The position numbers were made by a program, and so were the translations under genes. A DNA stretch of 43,280 bases, taken from assembly GCA_020627525.1 (NCBI GenBank), contig JAHDGP010000001.1, positions 1 through 43,280 of the forward strand, read 5' to 3'. Within the stretch, counting starts at the first letter, position 1. Every line of letters begins with the position of its first letter. The notes under the pieces were generated by a model. It was not told the DNA's origin. It made no database searches and saw nothing but the letters and a program-made list of their open reading frames with translations. Source of the stretch: Bacteroidota bacterium. Lineage in GTDB: Bacteria; Bacteroidota; Bacteroidia; Chitinophagales; UBA2359. Below are positions 18,756 to 26,776 of the stretch, piece after piece.

Positions 18756-20267
18756 ATGCAAAAAGCACTTATTATTGGAAGTGGACTAGGAGGCTTAGCT
18801 ACAGCTTTGCGATTGACTACTAGAGGTTATGATGTGGAGATTGTAGAAAAGCATTATCAGGCAGGAGGTCGCTTAAATCAAATCAGTGCAGATGGCTTTA
18901 CATTTGATACAGGTCCTTCATTTTTTAGCATGAGTTATGAGTTTGATGAATTGTTTGAAGATTGCGGAATTCCAAATCCGCTTCAAATGAATGAACTTGA
19001 TCCTGTGTACACTGTCTATTTTTCTGATCGGAAAAAACCTTTTTTTATTCATAAAAATTTAAAAAAATTAGCTAAAGAATTTGAAGGAATTGAAGATGAT
19101 TTTGAAAATAAAGCAAAGGCTTACCTCAAACAAGCAGGCGAGTTGTTTCACGACACCGAACATGTAATTGTTAAAAAAAACTACGACAGTCTTATTCAAT
19201 ATGCTAAATCGCTTATTCAGGTTCCCCTAAAACACAGTCCACTATTGATTAGAAATATGTGGCAAGAATTGAATAGAAGATTTGATTCGCAAGAAGTGAA
19301 AGTTATTTTTTCTTTGGTAGCATTTTTTTTAGGAGACACGCCATTTCAAACACCTGCAGTTTATAGTTTGTTAAATTATACAGAATTGCAACATGATGGA
19401 TACTACAACATCCAAGGGGGAATGTATAAAATTGTGGAAGAAATAACCAAAATATTAATTAACAGAGGCGTGAAATTTCATTTTAATACTGAAATAGTTT
19501 CTTTAATTGAAAAGGATAATAAAATTGATGGATTTATTGATAAATCTGGAAAAAAATGGACAGCAGATTTTTATGTCTGCAACAGTGATGCCGCTTCATT
19601 TAGAGGGAAAATATTAAACAGAAAAAAATACAGTCCTGCAAAATTGGATAAAATGCATTGGACCCTCGCTCCTTTTACTATTTATTTAGGAGTGAAGGGG
19701 CGTGTTGAAAATTTGCATCATCATAATTATTTTTTAGGTGAAAATTTTGAAGAGTATGCCAGTAAAATATTCAAAACTTCGATCAGTCCTGAAAAACCGT
19801 ATTATTATGTAAATGCACTTTCGAAATCAAATGATAATTGTGCCCCTAAAGGCTGCGAAAATTTGTTTATATTGTGTCCTGTGCCTGATCTGAGATTTAA
19901 ACCAGATTGGTCTGATAAAGAAGTTTTGGCAAACAATATTCTGGAAGACCTGTCGAAAAGAGTAGATTTTGATTTAATAAAAAATACCATTACAAGGACT
20001 ATTTATGATCCAATTGACTGGCAAAATAAATTTAATTTATACCGAGGAAGTGGTTTGGGCTTGGCACACGGATTAAATCAAGTTGCGGCACTTCGACCAA
20101 AAAACAAAGATGAGGAGTATAATAATTTGTACTATGTAGGTGCTTCTACAACTCCCGGAACAGGATTGCCCATTGTGGTAATAGGTTCTAAATTAGTAAC
20201 CCAAAGAATTGAAAAAGACTATGCAACAAGCGATGCAACTTTACAACGACGTAAGCAAAAAGTGTAG
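18756..20267 (+). CDS. crtI: Phytoene desaturase
   Basis: 503-aa ORF with the FAD dinucleotide fold 'ALIIGSGLGGLATALRLTTRGYDVEIVEK...GGR' and the C-terminal 'YYVGASTTPGTGLP' motif. Confidence 0.9.
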   Translation: MQKALIIGSGLGGLATALRLTTRGYDVEIVEKHYQAGGRLNQISADGFTFDTGPSFFSMSYEFDELFEDCGIPNPLQMNELDPVYTVYFSDRKKPFFIHKNLKKLAKEFEGIEDDFENKAKAYLKQAGELFHDTEHVIVKKNYDSLIQYAKSLIQVPLKHSPLLIRNMWQELNRRFDSQEVKVIFSLVAFFLGDTPFQTPAVYSLLNYTELQHDGYYNIQGGMYKIVEEITKILINRGVKFHFNTEIVSLIEKDNKIDGFIDKSGKKWTADFYVCNSDAASFRGKILNRKKYSPAKLDKMHWTLAPFTIYLGVKGRVENLHHHNYFLGENFEEYASKIFKTSISPEKPYYYVNALSKSNDNCAPKGCENLFILCPVPDLRFKPDWSDKEVLANNILEDLSKRVDFDLIKNTITRTIYDPIDWQNKFNLYRGSGLGLAHGLNQVAALRPKNKDEEYNNLYYVGASTTPGTGLPIVVIGSKLVTQRIEKDYATSDATLQRRKQKV

Positions 20268-21066
20268 TGAAGTTATAACCAAGAATTACAGTACTTCATT
20301 TTCATTTGCAATAAAAACTTTAGATAAGCAATTCCATCAAGGCATATATTCTGTCTATGGATTTGTTAGGTTGGCAGATGAAATTGTGGATACATTTCAC
20401 GATTTTGATAAAGCTAAATTGTTAAAAAAATTTAGAGAGGATACCTATATGGCAATAGAGGAGGGGATTAGTTTGAACCCGGTTCTAAATGCTTTTCAAT
20501 GGGTCGTCAATGAATATCAAATTGATCGTGGATTGATAGATGCTTTTTTAGACAGTATGGAAATGGATTTATTTTTTGATAAATATGATCCATCTATGTA
20601 TGGAAAATATATTTATGGCTCTGCGGAAGTTGTCGGCTTAATGTGTTTAAAAGTTTTTGTGGAGGGAAATACAAAGCAGTACAATGAATTGAAAGAACCT
20701 GCAAAGTATTTAGGATCTGCTTTTCAAAAAGTTAATTTTTTGAGAGATATGAAAAGCGATTTTCAAGAGCGTGGTCGGGTATATTTTCCAGGTGTTAAAT
20801 TTAATGGTTTTTGCCAACAGGATAAAAAAGAAATAGAAAAGGATATTCAAGATGATTTCGACAAAGCCTATGAAGGAATCATTCGTTTGCCCGAAGGAGC
20901 AAAGTTTGGTGTTCATACTGCTTATGTGTATTATCAGTCTCTTTTTAATAAAATAAAAAAGGCATCGGTCGCAACAGTTTTAGAAGAAAGAATACGTATT
21001 CCAAATGACCGAAAAATATTATTACTTATTGGCAATGCCTTTAAACGTCAATTTAACATGATATGA
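20233..21066 (+). CDS. crtB: Phytoene synthase
   Basis: Squalene/phytoene synthase motifs are 'YGFVRLADEIVD' and 'YGSAEVVGLM', with 'FQKVNFLRDMKSD' also present. In-frame ATGs occur at 20209, 20221 and 20233. I prefer 20233 ('MQLYNDVSKKCS'), and every choice overlaps the crtI 3' end. Confidence 0.88.
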   Translation: MQLYNDVSKKCSEVITKNYSTSFSFAIKTLDKQFHQGIYSVYGFVRLADEIVDTFHDFDKAKLLKKFREDTYMAIEEGISLNPVLNAFQWVVNEYQIDRGLIDAFLDSMEMDLFFDKYDPSMYGKYIYGSAEVVGLMCLKVFVEGNTKQYNELKEPAKYLGSAFQKVNFLRDMKSDFQERGRVYFPGVKFNGFCQQDKKEIEKDIQDDFDKAYEGIIRLPEGAKFGVHTAYVYYQSLFNKIKKASVATVLEERIRIPNDRKILLLIGNAFKRQFNMI

Positions 21067-21743
21067 AACAATCCATCCAAATATCAAACAAAGGCGTTTG
21101 GGTGGCGATTGTTATAATCAGCCTTTGGTTTGTTAATTTGTCTGTTGCGTTTAGTCTTGATCTGTCGTTTAATAATCCATTGACTTATTTTTTATTTTTA
21201 ATTCAAATTCACTTATTTACAGGTTTGTTTATAACTGCTCACGATGCGATGCATGGAACAGTTTCTCCATCAAAGCCTGTGAATAATTTTATTGGTAAAA
21301 TATGTACTTTTTTATACGCATTTTTTCCATATAAAAATTTGTATAAAAAACACCATTTGCATCACAAACATGTAGGTACAGAACACGATCCCGATTTCAA
21401 TGAAAGTGGTTTTGTAAAATGGTATTTTAAATTCGTATTTGAATACATTACCATCTGGCAGTTTGTTGGTTATGCCATTTCTTTTAATATTTTAAAATTG
21501 TTTCTTCCAACACAAAACCTGATTTTCTTTTGGATCATCCCCGCCATTCTAAGCACATTACAATTGTTTTATTTTGGAACTTATCTCCCCCATAAAGGCG
21601 AACACGACAACAAACACAAATCAACCAGCCAGACAAAAAACCATCTTTGGGCGTTTGTAAGCTGCTACTTTTTCGGCTACCACTACGAACACCACGATAA
21701 ACCCTATGTGCCCTGGTGGCAGTTGTATAGGGTTAAGGAGTAA
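21063..21743 (+). CDS. crtW: Beta-carotene 4-ketolase (CrtW-type membrane di-iron oxygenase)
   Basis: 226-aa ORF with His boxes 'HDAMHG', 'HHLHHKH' and 'HYEHHDKPYVPWW'. These are collinear with Paracoccus/Brevundimonas CrtW as I recall it. The ATGA overlaps the crtB stop. Confidence 0.8.
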   Translation: MKQSIQISNKGVWVAIVIISLWFVNLSVAFSLDLSFNNPLTYFLFLIQIHLFTGLFITAHDAMHGTVSPSKPVNNFIGKICTFLYAFFPYKNLYKKHHLHHKHVGTEHDPDFNESGFVKWYFKFVFEYITIWQFVGYAISFNILKLFLPTQNLIFFWIIPAILSTLQLFYFGTYLPHKGEHDNKHKSTSQTKNHLWAFVSCYFFGYHYEHHDKPYVPWWQLYRVKE

Positions 21744-21969
21744 AAAAAGTTCACTCGTTCTGCAACGAGATCCCAGACATTTTTCTTCGCTTCGCTTCAG
21801 GAAATTCTGGGATGACGGGCGCTGAAGTTTGTTTTCTAACGTCATTCTGAAAATTCCCATTCGTACCCCACGTCATTCTGGAATTTTTGCAGCGCAGCAA
21901 GAAAATGTCCAGAATCCCCAAACGACGAAAGACTGAGCCTAGCGTTTCAGGCTTCCCCAAAAAAACATT
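21744..21969. repeat. Hairpin-dense, relatively GC-rich intergenic repeat element between convergent crtW and a surface-protein gene
   Basis: Stems are CTCGTT-ctgc-AACGAG (21754-21769) and CTTCAG..CTGAAG (21795-21827), plus a long imperfect stem ATTCTGGAATTTTTGC-agcgca-GCAAGAAAATGTCCAGAAT (21875-21915). The direct repeat ACGTCATTCTG(A/G)AA occurs at ~21839 and ~21870. Confidence 0.6.
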
Positions 21970-24003
21970 TTAATAAACACAAGACTCATCATCGCAATTT
22001 GCTTCAGGATTGTAGTTCGTAGCTTGTTCATCTGTGCATCCAAGTATTACATAACAAGGATCTGGACAGTTTGTAAGGCCATAATCACAATAACCAGCAT
22101 CTGTTGCATTGGGATCATAATTACAAGCAAATGGGTCCATACAACCAATATTAATATATTCACATTCAGGATATACCTGTGCAAAAGAAGTTGAACAGCC
22201 TTGTGAATCATAAACTGTAAACTGAATATCATTATCACCTTCTTCAAGTATTATTACAATATTCTCGCCATTAAATATTCCTTTTACATCTCCATCTAAA
22301 GTGTATGGTCCACTTCCTCCTGAAATACTATAGGTAAGAATAATTTCACCAGTGTTTTCATTACAATCATAATCATCAATTATATATAAATCTCCACTTT
22401 CCGAAACAGTCATAACTTCTTCGGCAGTAAACCCTGTCCCTGGACTAATATCATAGCAATCAATTTGAGGAAGAAGGTCAAATAGGTTTAGACCAACTAA
22501 ACCTTGATTTAATGTATTAGCTTCTTCTGTACTTATATTAAGGGACTGGACAATGTATCCACCTGTCGCTGTTGGAATGTTAAAGGTGCCATTGGTACTG
22601 ATTTCAATAATAGTAAAACTTAAGTCTATCAAAATAAAAAATTGAAGATAACTAGATGCCTCAGCATTGTTGCCATTTACTTCCACAGTAAACGTACCCC
22701 CCATTTCAGGGCAAACAGTTAAACTACTAAGGGGATTGGTGACTGTTCCCGCTTCTGATTCGCAATCTATTATTAAAATTACAAAAAGTGAATACAATCC
22801 TTGATCAGCATTTCCAGGGCTTGGCATACAAGCACAAACTTCACCATCTAAAATAGCTGCTTCTAATTCTTCGGCAGTTGTGTGGACATTGAAAATTAAA
22901 TTCTCTAACTCTGCTTGAGTACCTTTAAAAGATATTGGAAAAACATTGTAAAGACCTGCACTTGGTCCATAACATCCAACACCTATTCCACCACCATCAA
23001 AACTTAATGGTCCATTGTATGAAAAGTCAAAATTACCAGTTGTGTTAAAATCTAAAATGTTGTAGCCTGTTGAGTTATCATCACAATCTAAATCAGTCGT
23101 TAAAATAAAGCCAAAAATATATTCTGGGTCTGAATTGTAACCTTCAAACTCCCAACCTTGAGAGGTTTCTCCAGGTTCTAAGGTCAACAGCGGAACATTT
23201 GCTGATGGGCTACCATAATTGGCATTGCAATTTGGTTCAGTATTACAAGCTTTGTCTTCTAAATCTGGACAATCTTGAAGACAATTACTAGAATTTTCTC
23301 CTACTTCACAAATACCATTGCCGCACTCTGGATCAATACTCGCCACAGCCTCTTCTATTTTTACCCAATAGCCACTTCCATTTTTCAAAACTTTCAAACT
23401 GTTTTCATTATCCGATGCTGACGGCTGATAGCTTAAATGACCATCATCAAATCCAGTTATTACTATTGCGTTTTTACTATCTATAAGATCGGCAAAATAT
23501 TTTTCGGGAGCTTGATCTGTTTCTGGTATATAGGAAATCAGGTTCCAGCCTTTATTTAACTCTGTTCTAAATGCATCAGTGATTTTCTCCCCATCAACAG
23601 TTAAAACATCGTCCTCTTTAACTTTTACCCAATAACCATATCCTTTATCAATGGTTTTTAAAGTATTTAACCAGTCTGGATTTTCAGTATTATAAATTTT
23701 ATTGCCATTGTTAAAACCAACAACGATTTCTAAGTTATCTTCTTTTAAATTTGAAAACACCTTTTCGATGCTTGCATTTTCTAATTCAACATCCAATGAA
23801 ACCAAATTCCACCCTGCTTTTAGAATTACCTCATCTAAAACAGATTCAGTAATCTTGTTTGAAGAATGAAAGTTGTCATCATTATTTTTAGAGGGACAAA
23901 TTTGGCTGTTTAGTGAAAAACTTAGCAAGGCGAAGAGTACAGAGAAAGTTGCCAGTTGTATCAATTTAATATTGTTTCTTGTGTATTTTATTGTATCAAT
24001 CAT
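21970..24003 (-). CDS. Secreted Cys-rich surface protein with duplicated 'GWNLxS...GYWVK' domain and C-terminal 'GC.D..A.NY.P.A' motifs
   Basis: I place the start at ATG 24003, which gives the signal peptide 'MIDTIKYTRNNIKLIQLATFSVLFALLSFSLNSQ'. Two ~85-aa repeats are visible ('AGWNLVSLDV..KGYGYWVKVKE' and 'KGWNLISYIP..NGSGYWVKIEE'). An SprB-repeat-like 'SGGSGPYTLDG' is present. The C-terminus is 'GCMDPFACNYDPNATDAGYCDY..GCTDEQATNYNPEANCDDESCVY', and no T9SS CTD is visible. Confidence 0.75.
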   Translation of the reverse strand: MIDTIKYTRNNIKLIQLATFSVLFALLSFSLNSQICPSKNNDDNFHSSNKITESVLDEVILKAGWNLVSLDVELENASIEKVFSNLKEDNLEIVVGFNNGNKIYNTENPDWLNTLKTIDKGYGYWVKVKEDDVLTVDGEKITDAFRTELNKGWNLISYIPETDQAPEKYFADLIDSKNAIVITGFDDGHLSYQPSASDNENSLKVLKNGSGYWVKIEEAVASIDPECGNGICEVGENSSNCLQDCPDLEDKACNTEPNCNANYGSPSANVPLLTLEPGETSQGWEFEGYNSDPEYIFGFILTTDLDCDDNSTGYNILDFNTTGNFDFSYNGPLSFDGGGIGVGCYGPSAGLYNVFPISFKGTQAELENLIFNVHTTAEELEAAILDGEVCACMPSPGNADQGLYSLFVILIIDCESEAGTVTNPLSSLTVCPEMGGTFTVEVNGNNAEASSYLQFFILIDLSFTIIEISTNGTFNIPTATGGYIVQSLNISTEEANTLNQGLVGLNLFDLLPQIDCYDISPGTGFTAEEVMTVSESGDLYIIDDYDCNENTGEIILTYSISGGSGPYTLDGDVKGIFNGENIVIILEEGDNDIQFTVYDSQGCSTSFAQVYPECEYINIGCMDPFACNYDPNATDAGYCDYGLTNCPDPCYVILGCTDEQATNYNPEANCDDESCVY

Positions 24004-24031
24004 TTCTTTGTTTTTTAGGTGTTTTAAAGAT

Positions 24032-24787
24032 TTAGTTTTTAACAAATTTGCCAACAGTTAAGCCTTGCTCATTGCTGTAAATCTTTATAAAATAGGTGCC
24101 TGAAACAAATTGATTGAGGTCCAAACTCAGTTTGTTTTCTCCTACAATAGCTTTTGTTTTTTGTGAAATGATTGATTTGCCAGAAACATCAAATACTTCA
24201 AAGTCTACTTGCTGATATTCTTTTGAATTGAATGATATATTGATAAAATTATTGGCAGGAACAGGAGCTATATTTAGAATATTTATATCATTATTAACAT
24301 TAAAATTCAAAATGCCTGTGCCATCGTCTTGAAAGTCTAAAACTTGATTGTCAGAATATTTAAAGTTGTCCAGTGGAGCGCCGTGTAAATCTTTCCAACC
24401 TGTAAACTGAATTACTTCATCATTTTCAATATACTCAATTTCTTCATTGGAAGACTCTAAAAACAATTTTAATGAAAACAACTCCGATTCGTTCATTCCT
24501 TCGTCAGATTCTGTGGTATGAAATTCATCACCATAAATAGCCAAATTACAAAACATCTTTCCATTTTCAGCTGCTATCAAACTAGAAGCGCCTACACATT
24601 TTCCATTAGAATCAAAGGCTGCAATTAAATCTTCAGATGTTAAATTAGATTCTCCAAATTTTATTTCAGCAATAATTGAAGCTGAAGTATTATTCGGATA
24701 AAATGTAAAAGGACCGAGCGATACCTGAGAACATAAAGAGCTTGAAATTAAAGTAAATAGGAGTATAGGTGTAAGTATTTTTTTCAT
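24032..24787 (-). CDS. T9SS C-terminal-sorting-domain (Por_Secre_tail) secreted protein
   Basis: 251-aa ORF with signal peptide 'MKKILTPILLFTLISSSLCSQ'. The C-terminal ~80 aa 'ILNIAPVPANNFINISF...VFDVSGKSI...LSLDLNQFVSGTYFIKIYSNEQGLTVGKFVKN' match the type-A T9SS sorting domain pattern. Confidence 0.8.
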   Translation of the reverse strand: MKKILTPILLFTLISSSLCSQVSLGPFTFYPNNTSASIIAEIKFGESNLTSEDLIAAFDSNGKCVGASSLIAAENGKMFCNLAIYGDEFHTTESDEGMNESELFSLKLFLESSNEEIEYIENDEVIQFTGWKDLHGAPLDNFKYSDNQVLDFQDDGTGILNFNVNNDINILNIAPVPANNFINISFNSKEYQQVDFEVFDVSGKSIISQKTKAIVGENKLSLDLNQFVSGTYFIKIYSNEQGLTVGKFVKN

Positions 24788-25248
24788 TATTTTGAATTTT
24801 TATTGTCAATTTTTCAAAAAATATTTGTTCAATCCTCTATTTAACGGAGTACTTGAACTTATTTATGTCCTTCTTTTAGAAGTATTTATTAATCTACTGC
24901 TTCTTTTAACTTTCTGCAAACAATCTTTCTTATATAATAATGAAATTTTAATAAAAATGCAAGTTTGCATGTCAGCAGGGCTTGAAAAATAGCAATCTGT
25001 CTTTACAGTGTGAAATGTTAATTTTATGAATGAACCATTGAAATTGCTTGAGTATACCATAAGGTATTTGAGCTTTTATATTTTTCGAAAAAAAATATAA
25101 CATTTTGTATTTAAAAAGATGGTATCTATTTAGAATTTTATACGTCAACTTAAGAGAATCTAAATGCAACCTTATATTATGGCTTCTTATAATTTTTTAG
25201 ATTCAAATTGTTTAATATTTGTTTGTTTTTCCCCACTTTCTTTAAACT

Positions 25249-26769
25249 ATGAGTAAAGTTTTACATCAGTTGGTCCATTCTCTAGATAAGAAGGAAAAAA
25301 GAAGCTTTAGAATCAGCAACAGTCTGAAGAAAAACTCTATAAATCTTTTTAATGCGCTTGATTCAATAAAAGTTTTTGATAACAAGAAACTTAAAAAATC
25401 AATAGATAGAAATATTCAGAATAACCTTTCTTATGAGAAGCATAATTTACAACAACTCATTTTAGATTTTTTGTATGAATATCATCAGTTATCAAGCGTA
25501 AGAATAGAAGTTACTGCCTTGATTGTAAAAGTTAAAATTTTACTCCATAAGAATCAACTTGAGTTGGCGGATCGTCTTGCAGAAAAAGCAATAAAATTAG
25601 CAGAACCATTAGAATTGTATGATTTATTGTATTCTTTATATGAATACAAAGTAATATTTTTACTACTCAGGTCTGGTCCTAAGTCATTTAAAAACTGGAA
25701 GGGATATTTAGAGAAAATGAGGTTCGTTGCCGATAAGATTCAAGAAGAATCAAGATTCTACGATTTAAATGGTCGTTTTTTAATAGGACAACATTCCTAT
25801 ATAAATAGAGATCCTGAGTTTGCAAAAAAAGAAATGGAGGGTTTTATTAATGGTCCATTGATGTTGGGAGAGGTTGAAGCAACCACTTTTAATTCAAAAA
25901 GGTATTTATTAAAAGCAAAAAAAAGTTATGCAAGGTTGATTGGTGATTATGAAGGGGCAACAGAGTGTGCTGGAAAAATTTACAGCCTTTTCAAAGACAA
26001 TAGGAAGTTTATTAATATAAATTTGATCAATTATATTTATGATTGTTTTGGGTATATTCAAGATTTGAATAACACAAACAACTTTGCTTTATCGGAAAAC
26101 ATCTTTAAAGAAATAGAAAAGTGGTTTGAGAAGGCAAAGGCTGACAAACTTTTAAATGAAGGAGAAATTTTGATTTATAATTATCAACACGTTTTTTCAA
26201 AACTGCACTATTATGTTGTTGCACACAAGTATGATAAGGTTATAGATTTGCACAATGAGAAAATTGAAGAGATCGAGTCTTTTTTTGAAGAAAAATCAAT
26301 GGTTATATGGACATATAATTATGCGATAATTTTGAGTTACTTTTCGATTCAATCCTACAAAGATGCCATAACAAGATTGTCAGTTTTGGAGAAGGAAATA
26401 GATATTCACCAAAAGCCAAATTATTACTTTCCGATGAAAGCTTATGCTATAATAGCAAGTTGTAAAATTGGCGACGAAGAGTTGTTTAAAAGTAATTACA
26501 ATGCGCTGGTTTACTATTCGAGAAAAAACAAAATTATAAAGATCCCTTATTACAATTTGATCTTGAAATTCTTGCGTAAACTTGAAAATGGCATAAACAA
26601 ATCTTTGGATCGAAAATCGTTAAAAAACATTTTGCTACAACTTAAAGAGGTTGAAATAGAAAAGTATACAAGTGGCGAATTTTTAATTCAATGCATAATT
26701 TCTGAAATTGAAAATAAGAGCATCTTAGAGATTGTATCCAACCCTAAATACTTAGAAAATTATCGGTAA
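25249..26769 (+). CDS. Uncharacterised all-alpha (TPR-like?) protein, paralog B
   Basis: 506-aa ORF whose N-terminus 'MSKVLHQLVHSLDKKEKRSFRI' plus 'NLSYEKHNLQQ' matches paralog A at 10569..12095. The two proteins have the same length class. Confidence 0.75.
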   Translation: MSKVLHQLVHSLDKKEKRSFRISNSLKKNSINLFNALDSIKVFDNKKLKKSIDRNIQNNLSYEKHNLQQLILDFLYEYHQLSSVRIEVTALIVKVKILLHKNQLELADRLAEKAIKLAEPLELYDLLYSLYEYKVIFLLLRSGPKSFKNWKGYLEKMRFVADKIQEESRFYDLNGRFLIGQHSYINRDPEFAKKEMEGFINGPLMLGEVEATTFNSKRYLLKAKKSYARLIGDYEGATECAGKIYSLFKDNRKFININLINYIYDCFGYIQDLNNTNNFALSENIFKEIEKWFEKAKADKLLNEGEILIYNYQHVFSKLHYYVVAHKYDKVIDLHNEKIEEIESFFEEKSMVIWTYNYAIILSYFSIQSYKDAITRLSVLEKEIDIHQKPNYYFPMKAYAIIASCKIGDEELFKSNYNALVYYSRKNKIIKIPYYNLILKFLRKLENGINKSLDRKSLKNILLQLKEVEIEKYTSGEFLIQCIISEIENKSILEIVSNPKYLENYR

Positions 26770-26776
26770 ACTTTTT

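Noticed and set aside
1386-20916. Numerous 60-130-aa track ORFs nested inside or antisense to confidently assigned genes (for example 1386..1730, 3780..4106, 3923..4147, 4064..4306, 6688..6882, 12931..13266, 16234..16620, 17927..18148, 19805..19990, 20710..20916, and the similar ones within the RND, MFP and 21970..24054 genes)
   Set aside because: Each lies wholly within a longer ORF that has clear family motifs, on the opposite strand or in another frame. None has independent support.
21621-21960. Track ORFs 21621..21860 (-) and 21751..21960 (-)
   Set aside because: They overlap each other, the crtW 3' end and the hairpin-rich intergenic repeat. They have no plausible start context or protein-like composition and are by-products of the repeat element.
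24792-25169. Three ~65-aa ORFs (24792..24992+, 24863..25060-, 24972..25169-) in the spacer upstream of paralog B
   Set aside because: They overlap one another on both strands, are low-complexity and AT-driven (K/N/I/F/L-rich), and carry no motifs. I treat them as non-coding leader or promoter DNA.
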